Source of the DNA: Isurus oxyrinchus
Taxonomy: Eukaryota
Assembly (NCBI GenBank): GCA_026770705.1
Contig: JANJGN010000210.1
Location: 186,001 to 250,000 of the forward strand
Direction of reading: 5' to 3'
Length of the DNA stretch: 64,000 nt
Each line of letters starts with the position of its first letter. Within the stretch, counting starts at the first letter, position 1. Positions 62,191 to 64,000 of the stretch are shown here, piece after piece. The position numbers were made by a program, and so were the translations under genes. The notes below the pieces were generated by a model. The model was not told the DNA's origin. It ran no database searches and worked only from the letters and a program-made list of their open reading frames with translations.

Positions 62191-62929
62191 TGAACATGGT
62201 GGGATTACAGAAGGACCAACAGTAGCTGAATCTCCTTCAACACTCGTGCAATAGCCTACGGGATGGTACCAACTGCTATCAACACACAGCCCCCCTCCCT
62301 CCTCCCCACCCCGTGATGTTAACCTGGGTCCACCCGACATCACCACCCCCACAGCCTCCCGGCCCGGGACCTTTACCCCCTTTCCCATTCTGTCAGTATC
62401 GCCCTGTTTTCTCCTCCTGGATATTCAGGGATTTGTACCCTCCCCAATGCACCCAGCACCACATAATAAAGTCACGTCCTGTGTATTCACCGGCCTGATC
62501 CATCTCCCAGACAAGGGAGCAGCTTTGCCCAGAGATGGGGAGGGGGTGGGTAACATGGATCTTGTGATCAGGTTTAACCGCGTGCAACATACGGAACAAC
62601 GGGACAAGGTTGATTGTGGAAACCAGTAATTCGGTCATTGTGGATCACTCCACATCTTTTATTTATTTAATTTTCATTCTCTTTCCCTCCTCTGAACTGA
62701 CTTAGATGTTAAGCCTCGGAGTTAATTCATGTGTCAGTGATGTAAACGGGATTTGGGGTGAGGAGCTGTCGTTGGGGGTCGGATGGGGGTGGGTGCGAGG
62801 GAGGGGGTGCCGATTGATTGGATCTATCCCAGAAAGTAGATGCCAAACCTTGTGCATCGCGATTCCAATGGTCCCCCCCCACTCCCCCAAGGCTTTAACA
62901 GGCCTTTAATCACCAAGTCAGGCATTATT

Positions 62930-63022
62930 GAATGTGTGTCCATGTATGCGTGTGTGTCTGTGTGCGCGTGTGCGTGTGTGTGTGTGTGTGTGTCTGTCTG
63001 TCTGTCTGTCAGTGTGTGTATG
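62930..63022. repeat. (TG)n/(TCTG)n microsatellite
   Basis: Direct inspection. Confidence 0.85.
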
Positions 63023-63179
63023 CACTAGCGGGGGAAGTTTCACTTGAGCTGGGGGGTTGTGCACTGCACTGGTTAAGGGCTCCAGTCTCGAAATATTCGA
63101 AGCTTCAATGTCCCCAAAGTACAGGGTCGGTCAGGGTTCGGTGTTGGGGTCGTGGGATGGTACAGCCTGGACGGTGGGA

Positions 63180-63480
63180 ACCATTAAGGACATAATAAAT
63201 AGGAGCAGCATTGAGCAGTTCAATAAGATCATGACTGAGATTTGACCTCAATGTCCTCTTGGCCTGTCCCAATATCATTGATCCCTTTAGCGCCACCTCC
63301 CAAAATATCTATCCATCACCAAATGAAAATCCATCAATCACCATTTTGAATATGGGCAACTGCTGAACATCCTGAACCCTCTGGGCTGGAGAATTGCAAA
63401 GGCCCGCAGCCCTCTGAGTGAAGGGATATCTCCTCAACTTAAGCCAAAATGGCCGACTTTTAACCCTGAGACGAGGACCA
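63180..63480 (-). mobile_element. Degenerate CR1 3' end
   Basis: CATAATAAATAGGAGCAG..TTCAATAAGATCATGACTGA..CCCTCTGAGTGAAG. Confidence 0.6.
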
Positions 63481-64000
63481 GAGTATTTAAAGTTCCACTT
63501 GAAGGTGTTAGTTGTTTTGTGTGTGTATGCGTGTGCCTGTGTCTGAATTCTAATGTTAAGGAGACTCCGGGAAATTAGAAGTCATGTTTATGTTGCATTG
63601 TGTAATGTGGCCCAAAACTCTTTGCTCCATTAACCCAGGCAGCCATATATTGCATCAAATATCGCAGTGTCGAGGAACAGTTGCCGATGGTGGGGTGGGT
63701 GATGTACATTGTCTTTGCTTCCAATTCTACTGAAACCCCACTTGCAGCATATTTGTAATGCGTTGAGAATTTCATTTGAAAGTAAAAAAGAGGATTCTCC
63801 CCACCCTCTGCCTCGCTTGGATTTGTCAATTGAGAAATCGCGGCCATGATTTCTTATGGTGCAAAATGGAAGGAGAGCTGCGAATCATCTCCAAGATTGC
63901 AGGGTTTGAGGACTAACTGTTTAACCCAAGCAAACTGCAGAAAATAGCATTATGTGGTGGGACTTAGTGATCTGGCCAGAAGAGTGCCGAATGCCATTTG

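Overview
Eukaryotic genomic DNA from a cartilaginous fish (shark-type HE1 SINE, HER1/CR1 LINE and Deu-SINE repeats). It is part of the variable region of a T-cell receptor alpha/delta (TCRA/D) locus. I count about 24 V gene segments or relics in both orientations, each built as a leader exon, intron, V exon and 23-type RSS. Five look intact (6936-7440 minus; 13020-13424, 17633-18067, 19969-20496 and 47535-48002 plus); the rest are pseudogenes or relics. Positions 57676-62190 hold a complete but decayed NAR-TCR cassette: leader, IgNAR-like V with 22-RSS, one 12/12 D, a 23-RSS J, then a leaderless supporting Vdelta with a CDR1 cysteine. NAR-TCR is a known shark system. Patterns I do not recognise as described: (i) a V family whose RSS spacer is 24 nt in nearly every copy, with a CTCF-like motif about 20 bp beyond the nonamer; (ii) arrays of same-strand CTCF-like motifs separated by (TG)n, one just upstream of the NAR-TCR cassette; (iii) promoter-region copies pointing back into the RSS of two V families; (iv) a 94-bp-arm fold-back hairpin inside a V pseudogene. 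No TCR constant exon or conventional J-alpha/J-delta was seen. There is one 166-N assembly gap. Coordinates were counted by hand, and family and motif assignments rest on recognition, not searches.
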